Shown here: in pieces, positions 63,153 to 64,000 of the stretch | Position numbering within the stretch: position 1 is the stretch's first letter | Layout: each line of letters opens with the position of its first letter | From: Takakia lepidozioides | Lineage: Eukaryota; Plantae; Bryophyta | DNA length: 64,000 nucleotides | Assembly (NCBI GenBank): GCA_030704615.1 | Contig: CM060732.1 | Coordinates: forward strand, 41,044,001-41,108,000 | Direction of reading: 5' to 3' | Program-made: the position numbers and the translations under genes | The notes under the pieces: generated by a model | Database searches by the model: none | What the model saw: only the letters and a program-made list of their open reading frames with translations | What the model was told of the DNA's origin: nothing

Positions 63153-64000
63153 CTTTCATTGTTTCCTGTGCAATTTTTTTTATGCCGTGCGCTTGAAGGC
63201 ATGATTCCTGCGTGGTCGTGTGGTTTTCCACCATCACCTCAGCCCGACTTTGCCATAGTTCTGTGCGGAGTCGAAAACAGTCTTGTTGCAGTGAGTGAGG
63301 GTTAATTGAGTGCGCAATTGTGCACTCGGATTGGCATCGTGTAGACAGCGGTGATACCAGCATTGCTAAATTTCCCTGACAGGCTTGTTCGACATGTGTT
63401 CCGTTGCCAATCACATCTGGTATGCTGTGGACAGGTCCTGCTGCCACTGGTCAATGTGCCGCTGATAGACTACACACTTGAATGGCTGGCCTCTGCGGGA
63501 GTGGAAGAGGTTTTTGTGTTCTGCTGTGCGCACAGCAACCAAGTCACTACTTACTTGAGCAGATCGAAATGGAGGTCACAACCGAATTTCATTGTGACAC
63601 CCATTGAATCGCATGACTGTGTCAGCGCTGGTGATGCTTTGCGACTGATTGAACAGCGTGGCGTGGTACCTCTACACACGTACCCGTGACAAATTCTGCA
63701 TTAGGTGCTAGAAGGAAGGAAATGAACTCAATTTGTTGTCCTCCCCTATTTTACAGGGCATGGAGATTGGATCAAGAGGGAAGAGGTTTATGTCTGCCTG
63801 TTGTGGTGTAGGTCCGTGGCGACTTTGTATTGGTGAGTGGTGACACTGTGAGCAACATGTCACTTACTCAAGTATTGAAGGAGCATCAGGAGAGGAAGAA
63901 GAAAGATAAATTGGCAGTAATGACCATGGTGGTCAAGAAGTCAAAACCGTGCCCTCTAACACACCAAACACGCCTTGGGAACGATGAATTGTTGCTGGCT
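62944..64000 (+). CDS. EIF2B5: Translation initiation factor eIF2B epsilon subunit, 5' part (exons 62944-63072, 63435-63665, 63812->64000)
   Basis: PLQAVVLADSFAQRFRPITLERPK|VLLPLVNVPLIDYTLEWL..FCCAH..SAGDALR|GDFVLVSGDTVSN. Confidence 0.95.
63113..63148. repeat. (AG)n microsatellite in intron 1 of eIF2B epsilon
   Basis: Directly visible. Confidence 0.95.

Overview
Eukaryotic nuclear DNA from a land plant. It has spliced genes and PLS-DYW PPR editing factors, and is probably a seed-free plant (inference; species not determinable). The left half (1-33.5 kb) is a nest of transposons. It holds (i) a spliced beta-class amino-(N4C/N6A) DNA-methyltransferase-like gene broken by a 1.6-kb inversion, followed by a palindrome array and an LTR; (ii) a large CACTA/EnSpm element with a divergent TnpA-like gene carrying an FCP1/NIF phosphatase domain; and (iii) an 11.8-kb Ty3/Gypsy retrotransposon (11890-23699, GGCC target duplication) inserted into that transposase, which is the highlight of the window. 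The Gypsy element encodes a DNMT3-like C5 cytosine methyltransferase between protease and RT, a UAG-CAA-CCA readthrough-type stop, and a PHD finger on its integrase. It has a self-complementary (tRNA-free) primer site and permuted 'split' terminal repeats A...B-A-B. These repeats fit integration of a 2-LTR circle cut at an internal palindrome GACA-GC-TGTC. The right half holds host genes (intact PPR-DYW, beta carbonic anhydrase, mitoribosomal mS35, start of eIF2B-epsilon), a decaying PPR cluster with OSB-type PDF motifs, a LINE family associated with (TC)n, and an orphan SSB-like pseudogene.
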